DNA of 54,569 nt, filler included, from Circinaria calcarea (GCA_051942165.1; 2 parts of 2 records of this genome joined end to end with filler, not necessarily neighbours in it), one strand, 5' to 3'. Counted from the whole stretch's first letter, positions 1-13,147 are shown. Program-made: numbers and translations. The notes: generated by a model not told the origin, from the sequence alone.

Positions 1-457
1 CAGGAGTGGTATCGATTCAGACTAGAAACTCCTGTTTATAGGCAAGATGCCCGAAAGTTCTTAGCCCGGCTGTACAAAAGAAATATGTGGGATCAAAGTG
101 CTAAGTTAGAGATGAAACATTATTGAAATAGTTTAATATCAGCAGCCGAAATTCTTCTGGAGGCCCATCCTTCCTACAACGATCTCAGCTCGAGACCAGC
201 TGCAATAAACAACGGAGTAGCCTATTTACAGCAAGGCACTTGCGATTCTCAAAAAGGGAGGGAAACACCTCTATATATGAGAGCTTGCTTGCCCAGATTA
301 TCAACGCCATCACTTAATCACGCGAAATAAGATATTATATTATATAATCCTAATTATTATCCAGGTTCATATGCTAGAGCCAGTCGACAATTTTAAATCC
401 CGAAATCCTAATTATTGGCATCAGAACTCCTGACACGTTTAGCACTCTTTACCAATA

Positions 458-710
458 ATGGCAGGTCCTCGAATACCAGGGCTGGGAGTAAATTTCGGAG
501 GCAAAGGTAAAGGCAAAGAGGGCATGGTGGAAGAGGACTAGGTAATGTTGGAAGTCATAGGGCTTACCGAGGCATGTGTTGCTTAGGAGGTCCATGCTTA
601 ACACTTCTACACACCATAAAAGCACTTTTTCGTAACATAGATAGTTCCTTAGTTACATACTCAGGTAGCAATGCCACCATACATTCTGCTGCCCAACAGG
701 TAAAGGAGGT
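458..710 (+). pseudogene. Histone H4 (variant)-like N-terminal tail fragment, LTR-interrupted and frameshifted
   Basis: ATG at 458 gives MAGPRIPGLGVNFGGKGKGK. Removing the LTR and one TSD copy restores GGA CTA GGT AAA GGA GGT = GLGKGG, the H4 tail motif, after a 1-nt deletion relative to the 2437 copy. No histone fold follows. Confidence 0.5.
546..698. mobile_element. Solo LTR (153 bp), copy 1
   Basis: Starts TGTTGG and ends CCAACA (TG...CA, 6-bp terminal inverted repeat). Flanked by the 5-bp TSD GGTAA (541-545 / 699-703). Near-identical copy at 18904-19055. Confidence 0.92.
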
Positions 711-2436
711 AACAGTATGATTCACAGGAGGAGGGAGGCACTTCTATATATTCAACACCAAATCTCGAATCCAAACACGTTGGCATCAGAATTCCTGACA
801 CGCTTGGACTACAAGCACTTTTTGCCAGTTATGGCGCTGGAGGGCGCATCCTTCCTACAAGGACACTATCTTGACAAGCGACTGCAGGGAACAACTATTT
901 ACACGTGAGCGACGCGCGATTGTCAAAGGACAAGGGAGGCACTTCTATATATGGGAAATTCCTTGCTTATGTGGAGTTCAAGCTTATTTATTGCTGGGTT
1001 TATTTTACATTCAAGCGATATCCATTGCAGTTTCCCAATAATTTTTAATATTCCGCTTCTTTTCCCTTTCTCTTCTAATGGCTTCTATTTCAATCAACCC
1101 TACCGTAGCCGATATCGCGAGTGGAGTAAGGATCATCACTTTTAGATATTTAATCCAGGCGGCAAGAGGTGAATTATCAAAGTGTTTGGAGGGGGGTTTA
1201 CAGAGGGAGTAATATATCGGAGCTGGCCTGGCCTTCCCGAGGATTTTTCGGATCTTTTTATTATATTTAGCTTAAACATGTCTCGTAATCCTCTAAAGGC
1301 GACTGGCGGATTATATATATATATATATATATTTAGTGATATTTAGTAATATTCTCCCAAGGTGCATATACGGCATGGACTCTACAATTCTTGAATATTC
1401 TCCCGGATCGTGGCCGGCCGAAATAGAGCTATCGCAACGGCGACCGCTCCCCACTACTAATCCTACTGGTCACGAAATTGTGAATCGTTTAGGTATATTC
1501 AAATAGAAGTGGCATATAACGACACAACGTTCCTGGGCCTTTCACCGATCCTGCCATTCTCTTGCTTCATAGCACACGGGAATTATGGGCAGGGAGGCAC
1601 GGGAGGGATTCCCCAACCGTGGTGGTTTTTTAAACCAGCTCTCATCAAGAATCCCATAAGAAGGGTAGCAGGCAGCGTTTTCCGAGACCACATTGTCAAA
1701 GGAGAAGCTTGCTTGGCGCATCACCCAATGAAGCAGCAGCACATCTTCAAAGGGAAAGAACCGTAAGAGGGAATGCAGGAACGCGAAGAGAGCCAACCGG
1801 CCGGTCTCCTTTGGCTTCTTTGGCTACTATGATGGGCGTTGCTTGATACAATACGCCGAATGCTTCCCGGACAGCATATTTAATAGCTCGCGCTCAGCGT
1901 CTACTTTATTGAACTACTACGTCAGAATGAAACCAAGGACCCCGCCGTTGTCATGAACTGGTTGGCAGATGACGCTTTCGAGAGAATATCTGCAACGCCT
2001 TAGGAGGCACCCCCCTGCCCTGCACAAGCCGCTATCAAAAGAAAACTGCCACCTATCTAAAATCGCCCAGGTGGGGGCGGAGCAGCATGCGGGGCGGTGG
2101 GCAGCGCGGGCAACAGGCGGCGATATTCGTGATTCCGATGATATACCTGCCAAAAACAATGTAAACGTGAACATTATAGGAGGGTGTCGCTATATGCTGC
2201 TAGAGAGGAAGCTTATAAAAGATTCATACTAAGAACTCCCATTTGCATGCAAGAAACGCGTGAATTTCAAAGGCGGAGGGAGGTACTTCTATTATTGAGA
2301 GATTGCTTGCCCAGCTTGTTAACGCGATCACTTAATTGCGGCCAAGTTCATGCTGCTAGAGCCACTTCATTCTAAATCGCGAAATTCTAACTTGGCTGTA
2401 TCAGGACTCTTGGACTACAGGCACTCCTCGCCGACA

Positions 2437-2538
2437 ATGGCGCGTCCAGGAATACCAGGGACGGGAGTGAATTTCGGCGGGAAAGGTAAAGGCAAGAAGG
2501 GTGTAGCCCGCAAAGGACTAGGTAAAGACACTGAATAA
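2437..2538 (+). pseudogene. Histone H4 (variant)-like N-terminal tail fragment, copy 2
   Basis: MARPGIPGTGVNFGGKGKGKKGVARKGLGK then DTE*. Homologous to 458-545 and contains KGLGK of the H4 tail. No histone-fold sequence recognised downstream. Confidence 0.5.
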
Positions 2539-3456
2539 AGGGTATAGATCTCGCACTAAGAGAAGTTATTGTCCGTCAGTATTCCAATCCTCGACTAGTG
2601 AAGTCTCTCTCACCACGAACCTCAGGATTGGAGACGATTCGTTCTACATCTTCCTCCCCCCCCCCGGGTTCCCTTGCTACTGTCTAAATAAGCTTCTATG
2701 GCTCTACACGAACCTTAAGACTGTTGCGTCGCTCTCTTGGCCAAAAAGTTATCTTCTCTACCCGTTGTAGCTTCCATCCGGCTCATTGTACCCAACTTCC
2801 AAACCCCTGTGACGCCCGCTTCATTCCTTTCGTCGTATTATGCCATCTCTTGGATTGAATGTGCCGGCTTCCTGAATCACCAAGGGTACTGTAAGTGTCA
2901 GCCTTCCGTTCCACCGTGGGAAAACCACACAGTGCACATACCAACGTACACCTGCCTAAAAGATCAACAGCTGTGAAGACAGCTTGGAGAAATCAACCAC
3001 TAACCAACCAGATACGAAAGCCAGTTGCCACGCATAGGCATTGCTAGAGGAAGAGTCGCTCGATGCAGTATCAATAGCAGCAATTCCACGAAGCGCAACA
3101 CAGCTGACTTGAAGGTTTGTGGCCAGCAGACGAGACCAGGCCTATTTGAGACAGGTCGAAAGAAGCGGCGAGAAAGGTTAACCCGAACCGACGGCTTTAG
3201 GCAGATTGCTGAGCTATTGTTAGGCGGTTAGCCTAACATGAACTTCGTATATGCGGCTTGGATAGGGTCTCCTCGAACTGACAAGTCGTTTCTACGTATA
3301 TTAACTTGGCATGAAAATCATATACTTTCCAGCCAATGCGTAAGCACGAGTGCTGCAGTAATTTATAAGAACAACGTAGACCTGAAGAACACATACCGCG
3401 GTTAGTACACGACGACCAAATCCCTCCCGGATAAGCCCAACCATTATAAAACCCTC

Positions 3457-6400
3457 CTACATTATGATAGGCAAACTGGGAGACCCTCCGACCACACCGC
3501 TGAACGCCTCTGACCGAAGCATGGCGCGCAGTTTAGACTTGTCCAAAATCAACGGTTCAATCTCGTTGCCTTCCGCCATACATTTGATAGTCTCCGTAGC
3601 GTTGCTAGGCTGGCCAACGCGGTGGACGCGAAAGTCAGCTTGAAGTTCAACGCCGGCGCGCCAAAAAGGTTCAATAAGAACCATATAACGTGCTCTGACC
3701 AGATCAACGCCCTTGCCCATAATTTCCGTGGTCGAAACAAGAAACCGCGGGTTGTGGTTCGGATAGAGAGGGGAGCCATCAACACCTTTCGAATCTTCGA
3801 ACATCAATCGGTGCTCCTCACGTTCATCAGTGGAATGGCCGGCATGAACAAAAACAACTGCCGCACGCCCATAGTATTTTTCGAGGCACTACCAACACGA
3901 TTAGCAAATTTGCAGTAGAGGCTACACCCCCACGACCGAACAACACTGAAAGTGCCCACGGAGATGGAAGTACGAACCAAGTAGGCGAGATAAGCTGACG
4001 TAGGGAATTCCGACAACAAAACTGCCTTTTCAGTCCTCCCGACGTCGTCCTTGTCCCATGTGCCAATCCATTCTCTCAACCGCTGGATTTTGCCAGATGA
4101 CCTGGCGATGTCGTCGACCTTCTGCCGAAAGATGCACTCTGAATTAAGATGAAAATCTTTCCCCTTTTGAAAATCTCTCTTCGTCAAGGTGATCCGCTGA
4201 TCTTCCGGGGTGTCATCGTCCTGACCAGACACCATGTCAATCACGTATGGGAATGACGCAGCGATTCTTTGCACACGGTTTCCCACCACGAAATTCTTCT
4301 GTGTCATCACAGGTTTCGGGTCCCGACCAGGGTGCAGACGTTCCACTCTACGCCACCGTTCCATCCGAATATCATAGGCGTTTTGCGCATCCCTTCGCAG
4401 TCCATCGGCCAAGACCTTGAGCTTCGCTGCCCAGTCAGATGTCGTAGGGCACCGGAAAAGTGTATGCTTATGGGGTTTACGGGCAAAGATAGGCCTGCCA
4501 TGCCAAGTTGAATTCTCCGAGCGCCGCAACACGATCTTCTGAAGCATACGCCCGAATTCCGAAGACAGGCTGAGTAAAGCAGGCAAATCACCTTTCTTAT
4601 CAGCAGAATCGATCCTCGATTGCAGCGACTCGATGCTCTCAAACCGCAAAATCTTCATATCACCGTCATCATCCGTACTAGGGCCCCAGACTCCACCCTT
4701 TTCAATAGGCAGCAAGTACCCTTCAAATTCTTTAGGTCCACTTTCAAAGGGGGTTCCCGAAGCTGCCCATATATATGGACGCCAGCCGTAGGATCGTAAA
4801 CTGTCAAACAATGCTGGTGTACCATAGCCCGGACGCCACTCCTCATGAAACTCGTCCCTCATCAAGCAAGACCACTTGATCGGGATTTGGGCGCTCTGTT
4901 TCATTGCCCGTACCACTTTCCGGTACTCCGCCACGACTTCTCTATCCGTAGACTCTGGTAAATCCGGAAGGCTCCTGGGCTTACGGACCTTAGGGTGAAT
5001 GTCGAATAAGTTCGCAACGCAAGTCTGGTAGGAATTCCGCGTCGTAATAACAACAAAACGGTTTTGACCCCATTCGTGCTCACCGTATTCATTTGTCGCG
5101 AGGAGTTTGGCATCGGCGGCGGTGAAAGTAGAAAATCCCTCATATTTCGTAGCATTATGCCCGACGAATATCTTTAGACCGGATGTCCCCCGATCGACGT
5201 GACGTTTCCAATTCTTCAGCCAGTTAACGATCAAACTCTTCCCTACGACCACAAGAGTAGGGCCAGGATACTGAGACATGTCATGTGTAGTTACACTTGG
5301 CAAGCAGGGACATGCGACACCGTACGACCTTTTAACAAGACATGATGACGAACTCGGCTGTGTACTATGCTTCTTGGTCGAAGAAAAATGCCGGTCAGGT
5401 TGCTGTAGGATGTCAATGCGCGCCCGAACGATGTTCCAGCCCAACTGAATCTTGCCTATCATTTGGATAGTCTGCGACTCTGTGAGCATCAAACACCTGC
5501 ATGTCCGAAGGAAACCTACCTTGCCGTAGCCAGGATCGTCACATAAAAAACCTCCATTTGCCAAACCCTCTTCCTGCGACAACATCCATCTCATCCCGTG
5601 CGCCTGGAAGATATAGGGCCGTGTAGTCAACCCTACTATTGATATCCTTTTCGTGGCCGAAGCCCGGTAGCCTTTTTCCTCCGACTCGATTCCAAAAAAC
5701 CCAACCGTATCCCTCCATTCCTCGGCGTCGCAGTGTTCGCAGGCGGTGTTACTTGCTAGATTTTCCATCCTTAACAAGAAAATCAGTAGAGGACACAGTG
5801 CAACGGAGGTAACACCTACAGATCATCTCGATCTTCTGGTTCTTCGAATTGTCCAGCTCCAGGGTCAACAGATTCTTCCTCCAACGGCTCAACGACATCC
5901 AAATCCTCCGTAGTACGTACGTCCGTCTCTAACGATGATGAGCGTAGAGGGGGACGGGGAGACCTCCGCGACGGAAGAACAGAACTGGCAATTAAGGAAG
6001 CGGCATAAGTGTAAGAACCAACGGGAGACGGATTGCCCGGGCGCATCGCCGAGTCAATCGTAACAGGAATTGCCTCGATCGAGCCCGACCGCAGCGCTGT
6101 ATCCCCTTCACACATCTCTGTCCGCGACGTAGCAGGCTTGCCGAACAAACTACTCGGGCCCAAAGCAGGTGATGGTAAGGTAACGTTAGGGGGTGTGGCG
6201 AGGGTGCGCGAAACCTCGATGTTTGACGAAGGAGAAAGAATGGTGGGAAGTTCGAAATCTGCAGGAACGTTATCCGATGGATTCGATGTAGTCGTTGGCC
6301 AGGAAACATTCGTTGGCGTTGCAACTGCATCGGATGCGTGCGGTATACCAGAGGATTGTAGATTTACCGGAGTGCTGCGCGCCACAGTATCAATCTCAAC

Positions 6401-7150
6401 TCCAAATTCGAATCGTTCCGGTTTCCCCCTGAGCTGCTCGGATAGAGCAGCTCGAAAAGTCATCTGGTCGCGGCACTTGTATGGTAGGCCAATGGCCGAA
6501 AGAAGAATAAACCCATCAGCACGACCCAAATGCCTTTTCACCAAATCGGTCCACGCGTTAAAGGAAATTTCGTCAACTGTAACATCATGAGTCGTAGCCG
6601 GGTCAGTAAGGATATCTTTGACGCGGCATACATGAAAATTGGAGGTAACCCCCAAGGCCTCCGAGACTCGACATAAGATAACAAAATCAACATCAACGAC
6701 CAATCGACTCGTAACTTTGGAAGGGGAGGGGGACATAAGTCTGGCGCGTTTGGACTGGGGAGTGCGTTCCAACGTCTCAGAGACTTCTCTTTTAGGCCTC
6801 TCCCTGTTCTGCGAAGCCTTGGCGGCAAGGAGGGCCGCCCTCGCACACCTCTTCATGAAGGCTTGCGGCGCCGATGTAGTAATCAGTGGTGTCCAGCTGC
6901 TCACCATATCATCTTGCAAGCCATCAAGAATACCACTCCGCTCCGTCCCATTGCAATCCCGATCGAAGAGGCGTGCGCAATTAGCAATCATTTGCCATGC
7001 ATCTGCCTTATATTTGTCGTGGTTGCTCCCATCGAGGCCTAATCCGACAGCAGTAGTGTTTGGTAGCCAATTCTTAGGAGGGTTGTCTTCAAACCAGCTG
7101 AACCAATCAGACGTAGCAGGCGTGATGTGAACGGGCGGAAGTTCAGGCAT
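3457..7150 (-). CDS. SNF2/SWI2-family ATP-dependent helicase-like protein (~1168 aa, 4 exons)
   Basis: Exons 7150-5820, 5769-5520, 5471-3978, 3888-3457 are joined in frame by GT-AG introns with CT(G/C/A)A(C/T)-type branch sites. Motifs: QAHGMRWM (Q), GGFLCDDPGYGKT (Walker A), PTLVVV..SLIVNW (Ia), DEFH (Walker B), SGTP (III), GKGVDL..A (V), EPFW...ELQADFRVHRVGQ (VI). Confidence 0.88.
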
Positions 7151-7206
7151 ATTGCAGGAACAACGCAGTCAATTCTTGATGCTCCGAATCCTGTGCGATG
7201 CCTTCC

Positions 7207-7367
7207 AAAGACAGAGGTGAGGTGTAGCACTACAACGACAGAAGTGAGGTGCAGCACTGCAAAGACAGAGGTGAGGTGTAGCTTTACAAAGACAGATGTG
7301 AGTTGTAGCACCGCAGAAACAGATGTGACGGGTAGCACTGCAAAGACAGATAGATGTAAGGTGTAGC
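7207..7367. repeat. 27-bp minisatellite, ~6 copies
   Basis: Unit AAAGACAGAGGTGAGGTGTAGCACTAC starts at 7207, 7234, 7261, 7288, 7315 and ~7342, immediately upstream of the SNF2-like ATG. Confidence 0.9.
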
Positions 7368-9109
7368 TAAAACATCGTAGCAGAACGCCTGACAATTCAG
7401 GGTATACCCGAGGACCGAGAAACTGTGAAGCTAGCCTTTCTGGGTATATTAGGCGAGTGTGTTAGGCGAATAGCCCAGAGCACTGAAATAGAGTTACAAC
7501 GGATTGCAGCATCCTAAGGAACGCGTCACTGACAATTGGCACTGCGCACAGCTGAAATCAAAACCAGACCAGCTTCAAGCCAGAGACAAGCTGATATGAA
7601 GTTGAATAGCTTTGCAAACAGGCTATTGCATCATGTCAAATGCATGACAAGAGAATAAACCAGAACAAAAAAGAAAAAGAATGCTCTCCTCAGACCGCTG
7701 CACCATTTCGCGCAAGGCGCATTCCATGTTCAATATGAGCTCAAACCTGAGTTTAGATCTGAACAGAGAAACCTGTGCAATGCCCAAACAAACAGTACGT
7801 TTCCTCACCTTCACCTCATAACAAAGCTGACATAACATGATAGATCCAGCTTCCCTCTGGAACGCCCACAAGCATATCCCAATGACCTCCGCACCTCCCC
7901 TGCACAATATGCGCAGGTGATATACACTCTTTCATTGCAGCGAATCGAATGCCCATACGTGCGCCAAAGCCACTGGCCTGCGACATCAGGATTCGTCCGA
8001 GGCGATAACAGCAAACCGACAGCTAAAGCGGAGACCCGGCGAGGTGAGATGGAGGAACTCCACGACTCTAAACACACCAGCCCTCGCTAGCAGCTCTTCG
8101 ACTTGCGACCCCACAGGCAGAATGTAGGTGCGAACGGAATGCATGAAGAGAGAAGGTACCTCTGAAGACTTGCTGCTACCAACCCCGGTTGATTGGAACC
8201 AGTCTAATAAGGCACTTCCGCCTCAGCTTGTAGTATGATAAGCAGCAAATTATCACCACCCTAAGGGACCAATACGATCAATAGCAAAGACGGCAAAAGC
8301 CACCGATTCGCAACTACCACACATAGTTGCTAACATGCAATGTGAAACGGACACATGCGGCGACCGGTCACAATGATGAGTAATCCAAGACGCCAATACT
8401 TTTAGTGGCGGTTACCCCCATCGCAATGTGATTTGCTAATGATATGATAAAGAGCTACCTTCTGAAGCAGACGCGGCCCCTCAGCTAATTAAACCAGCTA
8501 ACAGTTCAGTCACAATCGGTTGGCGACGATGACGATAATGGCGAGTCCAACACGTCCATCTTTTCGCAGTCAATGTCCAGGGAAAAGCAACTTGCGAAGA
8601 GATCCCTAATCGATAAAATAACTTTCGGAACCCCCTTTGGTCATCGCGAGGGCCGTAAACTCATCTATCCCACCCGGCGGTGCGACTCTGCAGCCATCTG
8701 ATGGAAAAGATCGTTCAATTATCGCCGCGTCCGCTCTCATCGCCCCTCCCTTCCACCCTTCATTGCCACCAACCGCTCGCCCACCACAGTCACTCCCCCT
8801 TCTTGCAGCTACGCCATCCGCGTTTCCACACCCATCGACGACAGAGGGAAGCTATGCGATCTTACGAACGTGTTGCTGGTTCGCCAACCTTCGTAATCGC
8901 CCTTGGAGGACGTACACAGCCAGGAGAGCAGAAGACCAAAGAGGCTGTGACGCAAGGACGGAACCAGAGCATCTGTGATAGTATCCCAGTCGCATGGAAA
9001 TCGTTCGCAACAACTGGAAGATTGGCGAATGAGAGGCTCGGGAAACCGGGCTAGATATCTGCGATCATGAGATACACTGTTTAGGAGGATCACCTAGATC
9101 ACCAACGTC

Positions 9110-9745
9110 AACCCGGACAACACTGGGAAAGGATTCGACTGGTATCATGTCTGACGTTCCACGGCTCATGCCCGCGCGTATACTTCTCGTACAGGTCGCC
9201 ACGATCTAGAGTTGCGAGTTGGGCCCCGCTTCAAGATTCCTTCGACTCCGTCTTTCGATATGAAAATAAAACCCCCTGGAACGCCCATATCAACCCGGGT
9301 AACGTTCGGAGAGAATTTGACTTGTATTGCGTTTGACATTCCGCCATTCCTACCCGGCGTGTACCCGAAGGGTACCTCTCGTACGACTCACTGGGGTTTA
9401 GAGTTGCTAGTAGGGCCCGCTTCAAGATTTCTTCGACTTCTTCTTTAATTATGGTAATAGGATATCCTGGACCGAGTATACCAACCCAAACAACGTTCGG
9501 AGAGAATTTGACTTGTATTGTGTTTGACATTCCGTCATTGCTAGCCGGTATGTACTTCTCCTATAACCCATAAAGTGTCAAGCTAGAATTCGGTGCACGT
9601 GCCACCATATTTCGGGTATATAGTACTCGCACAATTCAACTGCAATCTGCAGGTCTACATACCACGGTTTTTGCCATTTCGTAAGGTTTGACACAAAGGT
9701 TCAAAGCTGCGAGTTGAACTCGCTTCGAAATTTCTTCGACTCTAT
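9110..9745. repeat. Degenerate ~190-bp tandem repeat (2.5-3 copies plus a partial)
   Basis: AACGTTCGGAGAGAATTTGACTTGTATTG.GTTTGACATTCCG at ~9301 and ~9492. GAGTTGC.AGT.GGGCCC.GCTTCAAGATT.CTTCGACT at ~9209 and 9401, with a diverged copy at ~9704. Confidence 0.8.
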
Positions 9746-11477
9746 TTATGGCAATCGTTATGGCAGATAGTTGGTCTCCTGAATTTTGGACTATCCAAGG
9801 TCCCAACTGATTCTCATTCGATGCACCGTCCTGTACAAAACCATATATGCATTCACAATATCATATATATACTGGCCAATGTACTTAAGTAGCTCGAGTG
9901 TATTCAAGATCTCTATATAACAGCGAAACCTGTCCGCCAAACCCCCAGTTAAGTAGGAGAAGTGTATAACAGAGAGGTGAAATCGGGTACCTTATCATCC
10001 ATCATAACTCATAGAAAGCGGGATCCTATTCTTTTTTCACAAGATGATAAGGACTTGTAGCCAGAAGATCGCTCTCAAAGAGTAAATATCAAATTATCTA
10101 AATAAGAAGCGGAACAGCTGCTGATATATAATATCTAGGTATTCTATCCATTAAAAATGCAATAAATAATTACGTCCTTCGATGCTCTGCAATAGCCGCC
10201 GGCAATTCCTCGTTCAACATACCCCTATCCACCACGACATATACTAAGCCAAGAAGCCAACAATAGTATTCTCTCAAACGCCAGTTTCGCTACCAAATCT
10301 AACGTTCAACATGCGGCCAGTTCCTACTCACACTTCCCAGCCAAATCTCCGCTAGAGCACTGTCGTCCGGGAACTACACCTAGAACCCGGTATTATCCAC
10401 GGGGCCCCGATTAAAAAGAAGGGAGGGGGGGGTTTCGCAATCGAGGGGTCCGAGATAGGGGGGGTCTCCGAGACTTTCTCACCGTTGCCAGAGACGAGAT
10501 GGACGAACCCTCTGTAAAGGAGACCGGTCAAAGAATCGAGGACAACGAGTGATAACTAGGGAGAACGATTCAGCTGAGAGTACCAGCCCGACATGGAAGA
10601 CCAATCGTCTAGCAAAAGACGGCCAAGAAACCACAACGAAAGATCGGGGATGCCATTGATATGCTTCACATTATACTCCATGCCACGCCTTACGCCACGG
10701 ATTAACCAGTAACCTATGCCATACTCCACGCTACACAGTATACTATGCTCAATCCTATACACCATGCCATACCTCATGCCCCACTCCAAGTATATACCAA
10801 TACTATGCTCCATGCTACACCTTATATTAAGCCCGGAGTTATGACATATAATTTTAATATATATTTATCAATACCGCAACAAATAATCATCCTCTCCGTT
10901 ACTCCACCATTGTTATTTATTGGTTTCAATAAATTACACAACCACCCATTCTATTTAAAAAAGCCTGTAAATCCGCGCTTTCCAGTATCTATTCCTAAAT
11001 GTATTTCTCTATTCGATTCCCGGCTAACATTCACGCAATGATACCCAATTCTGCGCACGGTATTATCTTAATCCAATATGGATTAAGATATTACCGTCCC
11101 CGCTTTTTGGAAACTGGTGTTCGATTCCTCATGGGGAACATGGCTAACCTCCACACCAAAATCCAAATTTTTAGTTGCGGTGGTCAAACATGTTCCCCGG
11201 TTCTCCTATCTTTCATCTCCAACCCCTAATTTCAATATTCTCACTCCTATTCCCCGCTCTTCACGCATACTACTCACACCCACCATGTGTGTACACCACA
11301 CGCGTATGCCCTACACAGACTACGCACTACACTGGCATACTACACCTACATTCCAGTTATGCCAACTACGTACGCGCTGCTATGCGTGTTCCTGCACACA
11401 CGCTCCGCAGGCCAAAAAAATAAATAATAAATAGCTTATACTAATGCACCAAGTTAGCTTTCTTATTTCAGTACCAG

Positions 11478-11591
11478 TGCCATGCCTGAGAATTGAACCG
11501 GGACCTCCTATCAGACGTAAAGCTTTTTCAGCATGGTAATTCAGCATGTCGGCTTTGTTAGAGCGGGTGTGCATAAAGCCTCCAGCATGTC
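11478..11591 (-). pseudogene. Possible tRNA-derived remnant (tRNA pseudogene or SINE head)
   Basis: Minus strand reads GACATGC...CTAACA...AGGTCCCGGTTCAATTCTCAGGCATGGCA: a B-box-like GGTTCAATTC, and 6/7 acceptor-stem pairing (GACATGC/GCATGGC). T- and D-stems are imperfect. Confidence 0.25.
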
Positions 11592-13147
11592 CAACATTCG
11601 AGGGTTTTTGGTTCAACTAATTGGCACTGCCTAGAATGGTTATGCTTAATAATCTCAAGTTCTAAATCTATATAATTCTGTATTGTGATGGTTGAGAATA
11701 AGGGTTTTCTTCCCTGTTGCTATTTTGCGGGTATTCGCTTAGGGAATCCCCTTTTCCCCCTCCTTTTCTATACCTCCATATTAATAAATCTTTTTCTGGT
11801 AGTATTTACCCCTTATTCAGCACGCAAGGGTCCTGGAAGTCTGCTGGTCACGCAGAGCAGCCCCACGGGAAGCCACAGTACGAGGGTGGCTATTATATAT
11901 AGATATGGGCTGGAGGAAGGGGACGTGGGCTAGGGAATAAGTGGATCGGAGAGTATAATATATCTGCTTAGTATATCCTAAAGACTGTGATATGATAGTT
12001 ATCTAACTAAAGCTTGTTCTAGGCTGTTGATCCCAAAGAATTCAATCCTATCCCGAACCATCTACTCCCTCGCAAACTATCTAACCTTCCTCGGCTCAGC
12101 ATAAACAGCCAGATAAGGTTTGCTCTCTCACGGTATTACTTAATTGGCGGTACCTTTTATTAGCAAACTTCTGTCCTTGGATGCTTCTAGCCTGAAGGAC
12201 CTTGAAGAATGTTATTCCCAGAATATTTCAACCTTCCTTGAACAGATGGCGAGGAGGAAGCGAGACGGGGATACAGAGCAGTGATTCCTACTACTTTATC
12301 AAATCGGCAGGCATCTCTTTCGGAAAGGGTGTGATGCTGATAGTGATCAAGTCGGGCTCATGCGCTTGCAAGAGATTGCCACCACCTGCCGAGCTCTGGG
12401 CGTCGAATCTGTGCTTATGTAGCAGCTAGTAACCCTTAGGTGAGTACTTCGTCTATGCTGCTGCGTGTCTTATCTCTCGTCCAGGCAAATATTCAGGGGA
12501 TATCCGTCCATTGCTTACTGTGCTGATAGCGGTGCATTCAGATTTATCAAGGTAAATGGGGATTAACTAAATCACGCTATATTTTTACAATATTGTAGTT
12601 AGATAGAATAACTAGCATCAAAAGTACTATTTATAATTTTACTTCCAGATTAATATAGTTTAAAATCTATCGTTTCTAAGGTAATTAGAATGCTGCTCCC
12701 TATCTTCATCTACCTCTTCTACGCCACTTCCACTGAGCTACATTTGGCGGTGGATTCAACGATAGGGTCACTTCGTAGTCATGCGAGAATGAACGACAGC
12801 AGTGCCAAAGATTCATTTCTGCCCTAAAAATACAGTTAGCTATATGCTGTGTTAGTAGTGGCCCCTGATATACAATGCGGTCCTCTTTTTCATCATTTTA
12901 GTGGCCCCCCTCTTCACCCATTCAATAGCCCTCCTCTTGTGTATACACCCTAGCATAGTCCGTCCCATACGGTCAGCACGGTGCGTTGCTAAGGGTCTCG
13001 TTTCCTGCTTCTCCGGTCAACGCGTCTTCCATTATCAAGGTTGTCCTTTTTGAGAATGCTATGCTGCATCCACCCATTTACGCCCTCCGTCATCCTTAGA
13101 CTCGTTATCCCATTATCTAATACCGATGATACTGCGATCATGTATTG

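Larger units (their letters stand above)
14..2538 (+). repeat. Degenerate dispersed/tandem copies of a promoter + leader + gene-start unit
   Basis: A core GGGAGG..CAC(C/T)TCTAT(A) recurs at ~256-280, ~730-752, ~933-952 and ~2277-2296. CTGGAGG..CATCCTTCCTACAA occurs at ~158 and ~837. TGGCATCAGAA.TCCTGACACG occurs at ~416 and ~781. 14-60 resembles 2221-2268. Two copies run into a homologous ATG ORF (458, 2437). Confidence 0.8.

Noticed and set aside
7207..7367. CRISPR-like array
   Set aside because: Head-to-tail repeats without unique spacers, eukaryotic context, no cas genes.
7780..8090. Small spliced gene suggested by a GTACGT..GCTGAC..TAG intron-like segment
   Set aside because: Splicing gives no substantial open frame from a plausible ATG.
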